Source of the DNA: Cirrosporium novae-zelandiae
Taxonomy: Eukaryota
Direction of reading: 5' to 3'
DNA length: 64,000 bases
Assembly: GCA_026023565.1 (NCBI GenBank)
Contig: JAPETS010000021.1
Coordinates: forward strand, 62,001 to 126,000
Shown here: positions 13,301 through 26,376 of the stretch, one piece after another
Numbering within the stretch: the first letter of the stretch is position 1
Layout of the letters: the number at the start of each line of letters is the position of its first letter
Notes under the pieces: model-generated
Databases searched by the model: none
Told to the model about the DNA's origin: nothing
What the model saw: only the letters and a program-made list of their open reading frames with translations
Made by a program: the position numbers and the translations under genes

Positions 13301-14786
13301 CATCGAGGGCTATGATATCACAGGCGTGAATGAATTTGCGGCGATATTTGGCCTTGAACCTTTCAATTATTGGAAGATGGCTATAGTTCCTCATTGTTTG
13401 GTGATTGTGGGAAAGTGAAACGGTTGGAAATTTTCTGCAAAGTTTTTTTTCTTCTTTGCCAATTCGAAGAGTATGACAATACCTTTTACCGCGATAGTCA
13501 TACTATGAATATCCTGTCCATCTGCAGTATCAAGTCCCGTGGTACTGCATTTACTTTGCATATTAGAAAAGTGGCTATGAAATAGGACAACCATCAAGGG
13601 TCGCCTAATAGAGGCTGAACTTTGCTGTGCTGACTGTCCGATGAAGCGAATTGCCTGAAGCCAATAGAAAACTTTGATTGCGAACGAGAGTTTGTGACAG
13701 GTATACGATTGTTTCAGCCCCCATTAACGTTTTCAACCAAGATATCAAGGAACGAGCAGTCGAATGATGCTTTGAATAATCCTTGCTTCATTTTTGACTT
13801 GTAAGTTTCGGCACACCTTGCTGAAACTATTATCGCCAAGTAAGGTATTTTTCTGGGTAGGATAGTCCTCTTCAAGTAGACCCGACGGAAAACCTTGCTT
13901 GCATTTATAATTCTCAGCTCATATTCGTTGGTTATCACCCAGAGCCTCAAGCAGAGTTGGATTCTTGTATAGACTGTTCTCCTCTTCTCTTGGCCTTCGG
14001 TCACTCGGAATCGCGGAGGCAGTAAAGCGAGTGTCCAACCGTTTACAGCAGCAATACTAATGTTTCCCCCCTCGCAATTAGACGATGCACGTTATCCTGT
14101 TGAAAGGATTCTGGCGGGATTTTCTTTTCCGTCCAATAAATCCTCTAGAATACGCTAATACTGCTAACAACTTCCTAATCGAATGCTTATCCAACCAAAG
14201 AGCCCGCGAGCATGGTTTGTGAATGTTTTCACCACAGCTTGGTTGGATTACAATTAGCTGAGGGACACACACCTTTGTTTCTGTGTATCGAGACCACTAC
14301 ATTTTTCAGAATCGGATCCGAAACAAAGTGATGATCCAGCCACAATTGCTGAAATGGATCTGGGTGCACAAACGCCCGACGAGACACCACGCCCTGTTAT
14401 ACGCGTATATCGCAAAGGTATTCAAAGGTGGCTCAGGCAGGATGTCTCTGAACTACAAGGCAAGTATTTACAAGTCCATAGTACTTGGGAGTAAGTTGGT
14501 TGGAGAGGGTTGGTTTGCTAGGATGGTCGACAAGGACTCATCTCTCGATCATTCGAATAATTGGGTAGTTGTTGCTGCCTATTGGGCAGAAAGACATCTA
14601 GGGCTTAGAGATGCAGATAGCATTTTTGTGACACTAAAGAAGAGGAGGGAGATTATAATCCCCCTCTTGTCAATAGATATCAGTATCCTCACAAGGTCGC
14701 TGCTACCGAGAGTCGAAATCCATTGAACTGCCAGCTAGCAACACAATTCTCCCTGATAACGCCCCACGATACAGCTACCTCCACCA

Positions 14787-15175
14787 TGAGCGGCTCGAAT
14801 ACACAAAATGACCAGGCCGGGGCTGCGGTATCAGCGGCTCTCAACCGCCTTCAGGGAACCGATAACCAGGAAAAAACAATTGACCCAAAGGATAGGCGTG
14901 CCCTAAACGGTGCACTTAGTGATCAAACCACCATAAGAATAATGCAAACACAGGGCATTGTCTCAAAGCGAGCGAGGCTCTACAGCAAGGCTCCTTACAT
15001 GAGGTATGATTGCAATTCTGTTTTCTCATCACAACCTTAATCTCTAATACAAGTTCTCCTACAGTCTCGGGAGAATTGATCATAATGTCTAAAAACATTT
15101 TAACCTCGGGGGCCTACAAGAACAAGAGATTTTGGATCAATAGAAGAATGGAATTGTTCGAAACCTGATGAGACA
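14787..15175 (+). pseudogene. Degenerate small hypothetical gene
   Basis: CACCATG start, MSGSNTQNDQAGAAVSAALNRLQG..., GT donor at ~15004; downstream frames contain stops. Confidence 0.25.
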
Positions 15176-16051
15176 TGATTGGCTGATTCTACACATATAT
15201 AACTCGTAATATTTGCTTTTTATTAACTATCGTTACTATAATAATGAATTCTATAACGTTAGCTATTAGCCCTGAAGGTGAACCTCCTGGCTGTAACCGT
15301 TCTCCAAACTTTCCTTAGCTGTAGGACCGAATGGGTCTAAAACTAGACTTTCAGCTTTCCCCCTTGTGTGGGAGAAAAATTCTATGAGTAATTCAAGATT
15401 ACGCTGGCATTCTTTTCATGGTAACACAACCTCGGATACAGTAGGAAGATCGACCCCCCAGAAGATTCTATTAAGTTCTCCACATACCCACAGCCGCAGA
15501 CAGGATCCAGGAGACCAGCTGAACAGTCGCTCAGATAATGAACTTTATAGGAACTCAGGGGTTTACTGTGCGACTGGAACAACTTGACTGTGACGAATTC
15601 TATGTCAGTATAAAATCATCTCCCACAGAGTAAATATAAACAGAACCTAAAGGAAAGGGGTTAATTTTACGGTTTATACTAGGTACTTTTCAATTCTGTT
15701 GCTTGAATTGACGCTCATCTGTTGATATTTGGCCATCTCAGCAAACCCTCATTCCTTCCACTCACCTGATTCTTATACTCCGCCTCGACTCTCCAATCCC
15801 CATGGACGTCGATGACATTACCCTCGATGAAAAGGAAAATCTAAGGAAAGCATGGGCAGATCGTATTTCAACCGACTTAATTTATTATTTGGAAACAATT
15901 AGATGTTAAAAAGGTTTAGTTAGTCTTTACTACTATATTAAAAGAGAAGGTGTGATAGAAGAAAAAGAAAAGAAAAAGCTAAAGGCGTTACAACTACCAA
16001 ACCAACTTATTATCAACCTCTCCACCGCGTAAGAAACCTCTATTTTAACCA

Positions 16052-17197
16052 TTACTCATTATCAGGATCCGGATCCCTAATCCCCACCTCATCGCCTTCA
16101 CCTTCCACCTTCTCCTCCAGCAACCACCCCGGATCCCTCATATCTACCATCCCACAATTCGGAGAACTAATCTTGTACCCCAGGCGGGCCTGGACATCCT
16201 TTCCAAAGTGCCGTGCAACTTCAGGCGGGTACTCGAGATGCAGAGCGAACTCAGAGCGAAGGGTGCCCTTGCACATGAAAAGAACGTAAAGGAGGCGGTT
16301 TTCGGAGGCGGTGTGGTTGGTGCTACCGCCGTGGAAGGTGGAGGCCAACATAAAGAATGCTTCGCCCGGGCAGAGGCAGGCGTAGATTGCGTCCTTAGTG
16401 TTGGCGCCGTGGGAGTCTAGGGTGGGGTGGTTGGTTAGTTGGTTGGGTGCTTTACTCGTGGTTAGGGTTGGAATACGTACCACCCCAAAGATGGCTTCCT
16501 GGGATCATTCTAGTGGCTTGGGTGAGTTAGTACTTCATCGAATATAGCAGGTTGATCATGCATGCATGTACAGTGCATGTACATACCCCCATTCTTCTCC
16601 GTCATCTGGATCCCCGGGATAAAAACCCCGAAGCCGTTATCCCGGTTCTTGGTATAACCCGTCTTTGTTGCATCCGAATGCACAGTGTGATACATTTTAT
16701 CGTCCCGATGCAGCCGTTGCCCAACAGCCCCGGGCCGAACGTCGATACCGAGCGCAGCACTCAGGAGCGGATGCGATGTATAATAGTAGCATTTCTCATC
16801 ATACCAAGTCGGATTTGTTTCGGCAAGAAAGTGCTCGCCCAAGGCTTGGTAGAGAGGATGCATGAACATTTTCTCCCGGCATGTCGGACTGTTGGATAGT
16901 AGCCGATAGCAGCGGCGGGTTTCTGGGGGAAACATTTTACCCTAGGTCATATCTTTAAGCTCTGCCTGGAGGGAGAGGGGAGAGTCGTCTTTCAAGAATA
17001 TCTACGTTCCAACTGACCTGCCATGGTTTATCGGCGTCCAGGTATGGCTTGACCTCCGCATTTGCTTTGGCCAAGTCTGAGAGGGAGATGTAATTTGTCA
17101 CGATACACCCGCCGTCTTTCTCGATGGCACTGATGAAATCTTCAATTGGTGCGTCCACAGGGAGTCTCTTGAGTGCAGGTTTCTCAAATAAGCCCAT
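16052..17197 (-). CDS. Phytanoyl-CoA dioxygenase (PhyH) family Fe(II)/2-oxoglutarate dioxygenase, multi-exon
   Basis: IEKDGGCIV, PGAVGQRLHRDD (HxD), TEKNG, MIPGSHLW, FHGGSTN...R (distal His and 2OG-binding Arg); introns near 17017-16941, 16585-16512, 16481-16418. Confidence 0.88.
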
Positions 17198-17830
17198 GAT
17201 TGCTATTATAGATGCTCGACAAAAATTACGAGTAGTCTAAAGAAGTAAGTTTTCGAAAGGAAGATGATTGATTAACTAAACAATAAGGTAACTGAAGAAA
17301 CATTTAGTATATCCTATCTTTAGGAATTGTGGGAGGGGGCGGCGAAGGAGCCAAGAAAGAGGGATTATCACTAATGCGCCTTTGTCAATATATGATATGA
17401 AATCTCCTCTTTTGTATTACCATAACCCTAGAGAGTAAGTCCATTGCAGAGTAAACATCTCGGAGAAACGCAATACAACAAGATGAGGGGTTCATCAGTA
17501 ACAACATTATCAAATCTAGAAAGTCACAACGACGCTAATTACCGATTGATTACAGAAGCCAATGATAAAGACCCAGAAAATAAATCCAACGGGTTTGGAC
17601 ATATGGGGTACTCCGTAACGCACTGGCCGATCATTTTCGATGATAAGGATAAGAAGTGTGGGGTGGGGTTGTGAAGGCGCGTATCCGGATTTCACGTGGT
17701 TTGGTGATACCGGTAATTTTTTTTTCTCCGAATAATTTATTATTGATGGTGTGGGAATCACTACGGCGGGTTTATTCTTGGCCAAAGACCTCTGACTCGT
17801 TAATCTCGTCTTGGCTTTTTTTGATAAGTG

Positions 17831-17840
17831 ATGATATCAT
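17831..17840. promoter_or_regulatory. Palindrome ATGATATCAT matching the CYS-3/MetR consensus ATGRYRYCAT, inside a GATAA-rich divergent promoter
   Basis: Exact consensus match seen; about 8 GATAA/TTATC sites between 17365 and 18017; CACGTG at 17693-17698. Confidence 0.35.
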
Positions 17841-18160
17841 CATGTCTGCGATATCAGTGTGGTGTGTCACTGTCGGATAACCGCACCACATGGTGGGTTA
17901 TTGGAGAGTCAAATCACTATAATTTACGAAAGTAGGAATATGGATACGGACTTCCTGATTCCTATATCATTGATTAAACATATAAATATGAATTTTGTGG
18001 AATTTAAATACTGATAACTTCCAGAGGTCAAAGGTTCTATTTTGCCCTACAACCAGAATACAATTGCTTGACCATTACGATATACTAGTCAACGCCTCTT
18101 ATATTAAAAAATAGTTTTTACTAAACAGGAAATCTCATTTTACCTTACAAAGTTGCAGGA

Positions 18161-19553
18161 ATGGGATCCCCTTCGGAAAGCTCCAAGCTCGTGACAGTTC
18201 TCGCAGAAGCATCGGCCCAGTATGCCAAAGAGAACCCCAAAAGTGCCAAAATCAACAAGGAATCTCTATCAAGTCTTTCTGGAGGTGTGCCATAACGCCC
18301 CCACCAAGTCTATATAATGCAGCTTAAAGTTCTAAGGAACCACTCGAAACGTCCTTCACTTCAACCCGTTCCCCCTTGTCCTCTCCTCGGGCGATGGCCC
18401 TTATCTGACAGACGTCGACGGCCACGAATACCTGGACCTCTGTGCAGAATATAGCGCCGGCATGTTTGGCCATTCCCATCCTTCCATCACTTCTGCAATG
18501 CATTCTGCGATATCATCTGGTTACGCCCTGGGGGGTGTCAACATATACGAAGGGCGCCTCGCCCACCATTTCACCTCACGTTTTCCATCTATATCAAAAA
18601 TCCGTTTCTCAAACTCCGGAACCGAAGCAGTGCAGACGGCGCTCATGCTTGCAAAAGCTTACACTGCAAAAAGCACAATCATTGTGTTCAAGGGCGGCTA
18701 TCATGGCGGGCTGGCAACATTCCTCACGGACAGCGTCAGCGGCGAGAAAACCATGAACACCCCCCACAAATTCATCATAGTCCCATACAACGACGTCCCT
18801 GCCCTCACCACCACAGTCGAAACCCACAAATCCGACCTCGCTGCCATCCTCCTCGAACCGATGCAAGGATCCGCAGGCTGCATCCCAGGCACACTCCCCT
18901 TCCTCCAAGCAACACGCTCCCTGGCATCCTCAGCTTCCGCAGTCCTAATCTTCGACGAAGTAATGACAAGCCGCATGTCCGCATCAGGCCTCCAAGGCCT
19001 CTTGAACATAACCCCAGACCTTACAATCCTGGGAAAATACTTCGGAGGCGGAGGTCTTAACTTCGCCGCCTTTGGTGGCAACGACGAAATCATGAGCCTG
19101 ATTGAGCCTGGCCACCCGAACGGGGTCTACCACAGCGGAACCTACAACAACAACGTCATAACCATGGCGACAGCTTCCACCGTCCTCGAAAAACTCTGGA
19201 CCCCGGACGCCGCATCCCGCCTCTTCGATCTTGGCGATTGGCTCCGCGATTCCTTAACCCGGCTCTCAAAATCTAACAACGCAAATTTGCAGGTAACGGG
19301 CATGGGAAGCCTCATGAATATCCATTTCCTACCTAAGGACCTTAACGCTGAGGTCGTGAGAAGCGCTGAGGATATCAAAAGGGGGGATATGGTGCTCCGG
19401 GAGCTTTTCTTTTTTGATATGCTCAGGAAGGGGTATTTTCTAGCGCGGAGGGGTATGATTAGTCTGATGACGGTGCATACGAAGGAGCAGCTACAGGGGT
19501 TTGTGGATGCTGTTGGGGAGTTTCTTCAGCAGAGGAGGGTGTTTGTCTGTTAG
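18161..19553 (+). CDS. Class III PLP-dependent aminotransferase (glutamate-1-semialdehyde aminomutase / beta-transaminase-like); intron ~18285-18336
   Basis: DVDGHEYLD.CAEYSAGMFGHSHP, RFSNSGTEA, FKGGYHGG, LLEPMQG, LIFDEVMT, PDLTILGKYFGGG (PLP Lys), HSGTYNNN. Confidence 0.9.
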
Positions 19554-20993
19554 GTGGATATTAGTTACTCTCGAGATTGTGATGAGTGAAGGGAATAAAA
19601 CCAGATTAAAGAGATGGTCTGCTCTACTATCCCCTTCCCTATTCCTGTGCCATTGAATATATAAATGCTACGGATGCTATGCTATATATATACACGTGAT
19701 GTCATGTGGTAATAGGTCACATGTCCCACCCTTATATAAACCTTAAGTCAACATATCCACACTAATCATACATCTAGATTTGAAGCCTTATTATAAAAGC
19801 CATATATCCTAAGCGTCGTAACACTTTTATATACCTTGTGACCTTTCTAATACTCTCTCTCTCTTGAAAACCCATGGAGTATTAGTAACCTTATCATCAT
19901 CATCAGCGAACGTTGCATTCGTTGAATACGTACTTTAACTCTTATATATCTAAGCCTCACCCGTATTGGTTATTTTACGCCCGAAGTGTTTTTTTTAAGT
20001 GAGGGCCAAAACAACCACTCTACCACCACTAGAATAATTATTAACTTTTCTATTTCTGGTAGTTCACCTAACTTAACTTCAATGTCAAACCTCTTCAGCT
20101 TATAATATATAATGGAGCGCTCATCTAATCCGGTCAAAGTTCGAGCCTACCTTGATATGCTTCACAATATCCCGGATGAAAACACCATAACTAAGAAGTC
20201 TTCGTATCGTATTTCGATTCTCCATCCTGGGTGCTACCAAGGAAGGTTCAAAGGGGATAACCAAAGGCGGCAACTACAAGGGCGTAAAAATAACATAAAT
20301 AGGCCCTAGAAGGGCGAAACAGTAATCAAATCAATCAAGTTTTGACCCAGAAAATTGTACCACCGAATACGCGAAATCTCAAAACGTTCTTTTTACCTTC
20401 TATGCTCCTGATCACTTTCAAGGAGGTTTTCATCACGAAAAAGCCCAATCCCTTCCTACTGCCGGGATCTTGGTGGAAAATACATATTATTTCCATGTTC
20501 CTGGTTTTGATACAAAAAGTTGGATCCTTTTCTATAGTATTTGCTACCAAGCTACACTAATTAATTTTTATAGATGCCTACCTTGTCGTTCATTGTATCG
20601 AGAATTCGAATAAACTCTCCGTTCCTTATCACAATACCCCTCTTTATCCTTCACCTGGTATCTCTATTTACCATCTTTTCGCTCGTTTCGCATGGACAAC
20701 CTTTATCGTTTCCCGACCTTCTTTTCCCTACAAGGTGGAAAGGACATTGATTATAGCCGAGAATCCCTGGCAATTAATGTCGTGGGAGAATTATAAACGG
20801 TTCACACAACCAGCTTCGAAAGCCTCGTCACGAAACGACAGTCCTAAGAAACGTCGAGCACCCACTACAGAATCGGAATCAGAGTAGGAGTCTAACGATT
20901 TACAAACCTATTCAGCTAGGCGAGGGCGTTTTCAACCTTCCGAAACATCTTCGACCGTTTAAAGATTCGCCAAGTAATAACTCTCAAGATGGC

Positions 20994-21241
20994 TGTAACA
21001 AAGAAAGTGGGCAGAAAGGATAGAAGAGGAAGGGTCAGGGCGTTTGGGCCAAGTGCAGGAAGCATACGAAGATGACGCAAGAAGAGATGAGGGGGTTTAT
21101 ATAGCAAAGGGAAAGGAGCGAGAGAAGAATCAGCTTTCGGTTTGTATTCAACTATAGACACTACTATTGAAATACAGTTATTATATACACGAGCAACGTA
21201 TACACATCGCTACTTACGTTATCGTAACCTAGTCATTGATA
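20994..21241 (+). mobile_element. Solo LTR with 5-bp target-site duplication
   Basis: Starts TGTAACA and ends TTGATA (TTGACA in the related copy); flanked by ATGGC (20989-20993) and ATAGC (21242-21246); internal TATA; 3' ~110 bp similar to 43898-44008. Confidence 0.7.
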
Positions 21242-23583
21242 ATAGCTTTATTCCATAAATACTGTAAAAGGCCATTTATATATCCCGTTTATTTTTTAGG
21301 ACCCCTCGCGTGACTGCCAGTGTTATAGATAATATAGATCGATGTCACAGTTAAATTAAATAAAAGGTTTTAAGGTTTAACAGGTTTTTGTTTTTCTAAC
21401 TTAAACCTTAATTAAAACCATGAATTAACCAACCTAACCCAACTGCCTTTTTGCAAATCGCAATAAAAGGAATAAATAAATAATAAATGCTAGACTAAAG
21501 ACGATTCTAGTTTCGTTCCTGAACCTAAGGTGGCCTAGCCGGCCCGCGCGTCGCCACACCTTCTAGATATTATACTCGAGCACTCAAGTAGATAAAAGCC
21601 AAGGGAAGATCGCATATTCCAATGGCGTATTATCACATAGTATTACACAGAGCACCACAGCATTAAGCAAACTGCTCCACTACATTTTTAAAACATGCGA
21701 CCGCTCCCTTGTGGGTCTTATTAGTTAAGCTAGGTGGGTTACTCTACTAGGGAATTAATTAAGTAGTTAAGTCGATTATTATTATTTGGTTAAATGGTTA
21801 AGACTATTGTCAACATTTTTGAGTGGTAGATAAATTGGGAGAAGGAGGGAGGGGAGGGAAGAGGTTATGTGATTGACTGAGGACGTAGTGAAAATCCTGA
21901 CTTCCTAGAAGTCTTCAGTGGGTGCCCTCGCTTGGGCTTTTGCTAGAATCAGGGTTAGTAGGGCTGTAAGCCCTATTATTCTACGACAGTATGGTATGAT
22001 TGAAACATATGTTTTATGCTATACATGTATGCATAGGCAGAGAGAGTGACAACACGGAAATAAGCTATAGATTCTTACCAACTAAGCCCTAGTCTAAGGG
22101 CGTGATTTATCCGCTTGTCGCTAAGAAAGACCAAGCGAAGCCAATCTATGCTAGTCATATAAACCGTCGACTGCGTCCGTTGACATAGAGCTTACTAAAT
22201 AACCAAATAGCCATTTCACTTTATCCTCTCCTTTCCTTAAAAAAAAAGGACACCCATGGCTCATTGCCTTAGGACATATGGATCCATCGTTTTTGATTGC
22301 GCTGACGCTAAGAGATCTCGTTAAAGGCTAAGGAAGGATCAACAATTACGTCTGTTTTTTGGACCTTGAAGTCAATTAGACTAAATCAGGGCTCTATACT
22401 GTGCCACTTTACTCTGTTACACCACCACCACTACCACCATTAATAATTTAACATCATCCTTCACTTTTAGCTAAGGTGTTGGCTTTGAGGAAATATGCAT
22501 TCAGGAGTTTGCAAAGGTTGATATGGTTCGGATCAAGTCTAAGTTTTATCTATTTATCTATCTATCAAAGATTAAAAGCTGAATCGAAGCTCGCATTACT
22601 TTACTGCTAGTATCTACTTACTTGGCACAGCTAAGCCCAAAGTCCGATGCGTTCAGTTCAAGTTCTTGTCCAATTTTTCAAAAAAAAGTGGCTGACGAGG
22701 CCGGCCATGCCTGACGCTACTACTGCAGTATACAGTACACGTACATTACACTACAGTGCAAACACAACACTACTGTCCGTGCGTACCCCCACACGGACCA
22801 TAGGGTACATTATTTTATCAGGGTACCCTTTAGGCATTGATTTTTGATGCATACTATTCACAGCAGGCAGGCAGGGGATTAACTCATTCATGAAAACCGT
22901 CCGTGGGATCGTTTCATTTACGTAGCACAGTAAATGAGGACGTGAGATTTAGGGTTCTAATTTCCGGGTAAGAATTAGGCAACGTGCAAAACCAACATAG
23001 AAGGAACCGTTGGGTTGGACCATATCGATATGGTTTTATAGAAACGATACAAGGAAAGGTAAGGGCTAAAGAGGGGTAAGTGGTTCCGATAAATTGGTAT
23101 CCCGAAACGCTAAGAGGATAAATGATATTGACCTTTGCAAAGTGTCAGTGCAATTCTACAGGTCATCTTCCAACATGTCGGTTGACTCACACCAATCCAG
23201 TGCGTATCGTCATAATGACCACTATGCTATGACTTTGTGTATCCCATGAAAAGTTGTAGGCAACAAGTAAGGTTGGTGCTCCACCTCCAGTATAAAATAA
23301 AAGGCGCTTTATTGTGCGATATAAAACAAGTACTTCATCATACACATCTTTGGAACCTAACCGCCAATTCGCCTGTCACAGTAGCTAGCGAGACATAATG
23401 ACGAACGATAAGCCCTACCTTTCATAAGTTCAAATTATAAAATAATACACAGAAAAAAATCAACAGGGGTATAAAGATTCCACTTGAAAAAAGAAATATA
23501 AATTGATAGTAAGAAAGAACAAAACACGTACAAGGATTGCTTGGATACTACTACTGCCGACCAATATTACTGGCCCATTTATT

Positions 23584-23977
23584 ATGCCAAAACTCCTACA
23601 TTTCCATATATGAGTCAGCAGAAGGAAATTACGATCACTGGGCACTATACTTAGAAGACGATCTGGAACCGATGGTTTTCGAGGTTACTGGAGAGCATCC
23701 GGCATTCCAAAGGAATACTATTTCGGCCGACCAAACACAATCGAGGCGGAATAAGATGAATGTTTTTATATGCGTGATCGACAAGAAGGACATATCGGCA
23801 TTGCGGTGGATGATTGACCAGGTTCCGGTGGATAATGATACCATTCACTGGAATTGCTAGGACTACGTACTCGAAGTGCTTGACAAGTTGGTGGCCGAAT
23901 ATATGATTGATGAGGATGATGAGGACTACGTCGAAGGCAGAAAGGAGATAGAAAGTTATTACGGTGCAAATATTTAA
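23584..23977 (+). pseudogene. DUF6540-like / permuted papain-like (HW...NC) protein pseudogene
   Basis: YDHWALYLED...FEVTG...HWNC*DYVLEVLDKL; TAG at 23858 sits where the Q of NCQDY is expected; ATG at 23584 is one base out of frame. Confidence 0.6.
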
Positions 23978-24072
23978 TTTAAGAAAATTAGCTTCTTCTA
24001 TTTAAACTATTACCCCTTAATATATATTATACATCATTATCTTCCAAAACTTGAAGCGTGCTGAGAAGTTGG

Positions 24073-24643
24073 CTATCCCCCCACAACATGTTTATCCCAA
24101 ACCACATCCAATAACCATCTGAAGGGAAACCTTGATGGTGCGACGCACGGTGGCAGAAATAAATACCAATCGCTAGTTTCATTAAGCGCTAGATTGTTGG
24201 TTATCTTTGTACACTCAAAGTCCTCGGGATAGAAGCCACTCATTTCCCAATCCAGGATACCACTAATTAAGTAATGACCATCGTTCTCCCTTAACTGCAC
24301 CATGATGTTTTCTTGTCGTACATCTCCATGTGTGAACACGTAATTGTTAGATATATGATGATGAGAAGATGATAACTGACGGAGGAATTGCAGATACACC
24401 TGACTTCCACAGCGGGCATTAGAATATTGGAAATCCTCAAATTCGACGCCGTTGTTGATTGGCACTTGACTGATTTTAGTATGACGCCTGGTATCTTTGC
24501 ATCCCTCCCCCGCAACTCCACCCAGCGGCATGCCCGTCGGGCAATAAAGTCGCCTTAAATCCAGGAATAGCTCGTTTAACCTTCCGCTAATAAACATCTT
24601 CTGTGATTCTTGAAGATTCGGCCAGACCTTGTCGAGAGTAACG
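24073..24643 (-). pseudogene. C-terminal half of an APH/choline-kinase-like phosphotransferase
   Basis: VTLDKVWPNL...VFTHGDVRQENIMV...ISGILDWEMSGFYP; homology stops abruptly at 24643. Confidence 0.8.
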
Positions 24644-25611
24644 TATCAACAACATGTCAGGTAGACAGACGTCCAAGACGTATAATGGCAATAATACATA
24701 CAACTCTTAACTCATAAAAAAAATACCTGTTTAACACTCTCGATTTTTACTCGCGGCGGCAGCAGCAGTAGCACAAAGAAAAAACTGCTTTAACTAATTA
24801 AAGTATAATTAAAAAAAATTACTGCAGAGAGCAGGGAAGGGAATAGACTAGATCGATTAGGTCAAGGGGTTCGGTCTGGTCGGTCTGATCTATTTCCTGC
24901 CCTCTGATCACGAATCCTGATACGGCCATACTTTAGCATGCAAGGCCCTTTGTTCTTCATTTTCCTCTAGATCAATAAAAATCTTTTGAAATGTCTATTC
25001 CACTTTTGTACTTCTTCGAGTGAACGTTCAGCATTCTGGTACAGGTCTTTATGGTCTCTGCCCAGTTGTCTTATCATGAATCGAATATCCTATATTTTCC
25101 TCTCAAAGATTAATCACTCCTAAGACATTTCACCCTTCTTTATCTTCTCCTACCCCTAAAAGTCCACTCACCTTCTCGCTGTCCCTCGCCACTCATGCTC
25201 ATACACAGTTCCAGGAACCCCTCCAGCCCCAGTTCCCTCATGACCATATTCACCACATCTTTCAGGCACACCAAATTCTCGTTTTTGGTTTCGGGTGTGG
25301 GGTTGAGTTTTGCTATGTGGGTCGAATATGACGATGCACAGACTTAGCGGTTGATAGTGAGAAGATCCAACTAGGCTTCTTTCGGATAGCGGGCTTGGCA
25401 GGGCGATGGCGGATATAACACGCTACGTACTCCTTCACAACTACCTACCATCAAAGAAACAACTCGCTGACGAGAAGGTGGTCATAGCATTCATTAACAA
25501 ATCGCATCCGTCCTCATCCATTCAATCCTTTCAGCACCCTCTTTTTACCATTTGAATTTTCACTACTAGTCGTGTCACCCATAACAACGGCCCTTATATT
25601 TCTATCTCGGT

Positions 25612-26376
25612 ATGTCTTTGCCAGTAACACCACCAGAATCATGCCCGAATGAGGACCAGGATAAACCTTATATTGGACGTGGAGTGGTTGGGCTTGGTAT
25701 GACTGGCCTCATTCTTTATCTTGATGAGGACCGTGTTGTCAAAGTTGCTCACACCTATGATTCCCCTGAGGACGAATATCTGAATGATTGCAACCGCGGA
25801 AGTTTGAAACGTGAGCGGGAAATCTACAAGCGGCTGGGCAATCATAAGAGGATCATCACTTGCTTCAAAATTTCAGAGTACGGGATCGAGCTAGCCTATG
25901 CGAAGCAAGGCGATCTGCATAGTTATATCGAGACCAACACTGAACCACATGAATCTTTCAAGACCGAGTGGATTTTGTCACTTACCGACGCTCTATCCTA
26001 CGTTCATTCACGCAAGGTTTTCGTAGATGAGATTGCCCTCCGGAACATTTTAGTCACCAATGATCAACTCAAGCTCTGTGATTTCGGCCAGTCCTACTTG
26101 CTGCCCTTGACTGCTGACGTGGACACGATATGCGAAAACCATTTGACCGCAAAAATTGAAATCCTTCACCTTGGTTGGGTCATCTATTCGATTGCTGTTT
26201 GGGGTGCGCACAAATACTATTATTTTGAGCACGAAAACCCACAATGGCCCGACCCACGAACGCTTCCCCCGACAAATCATCTCTTCTGTGGAGCCATCAT
26301 TAAAAAATGCTGGAATGGGGATTATGTTAGCATGGATACCCTGAATAAGGAGGCTTGTGCTTTATTGGCGAAATGA
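25612..26376 (+). CDS. Minimal intronless protein kinase-like protein (254 aa)
   Basis: VGLGMTGLI (Gly loop), VVK, REREIYKRLG.H, LAYAKQGDL, VFVDEIALRNILV, LCDFG, IIKKCW. Confidence 0.82.
   Translation: MSLPVTPPESCPNEDQDKPYIGRGVVGLGMTGLILYLDEDRVVKVAHTYDSPEDEYLNDCNRGSLKREREIYKRLGNHKRIITCFKISEYGIELAYAKQGDLHSYIETNTEPHESFKTEWILSLTDALSYVHSRKVFVDEIALRNILVTNDQLKLCDFGQSYLLPLTADVDTICENHLTAKIEILHLGWVIYSIAVWGAHKYYYFEHENPQWPDPRTLPPTNHLFCGAIIKKCWNGDYVSMDTLNKEACALLAK

Noticed and set aside
13200..14730. Several 60-150 aa ORFs on both strands
   Set aside because: No recognisable motifs and frequent stops; possibly an old gene relic but not supportable
18161..19553. True hemL / haem biosynthesis gene or bacterial contamination
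   Set aside because: Has a spliceosomal intron and a fungal context, and fungi use ALA synthase
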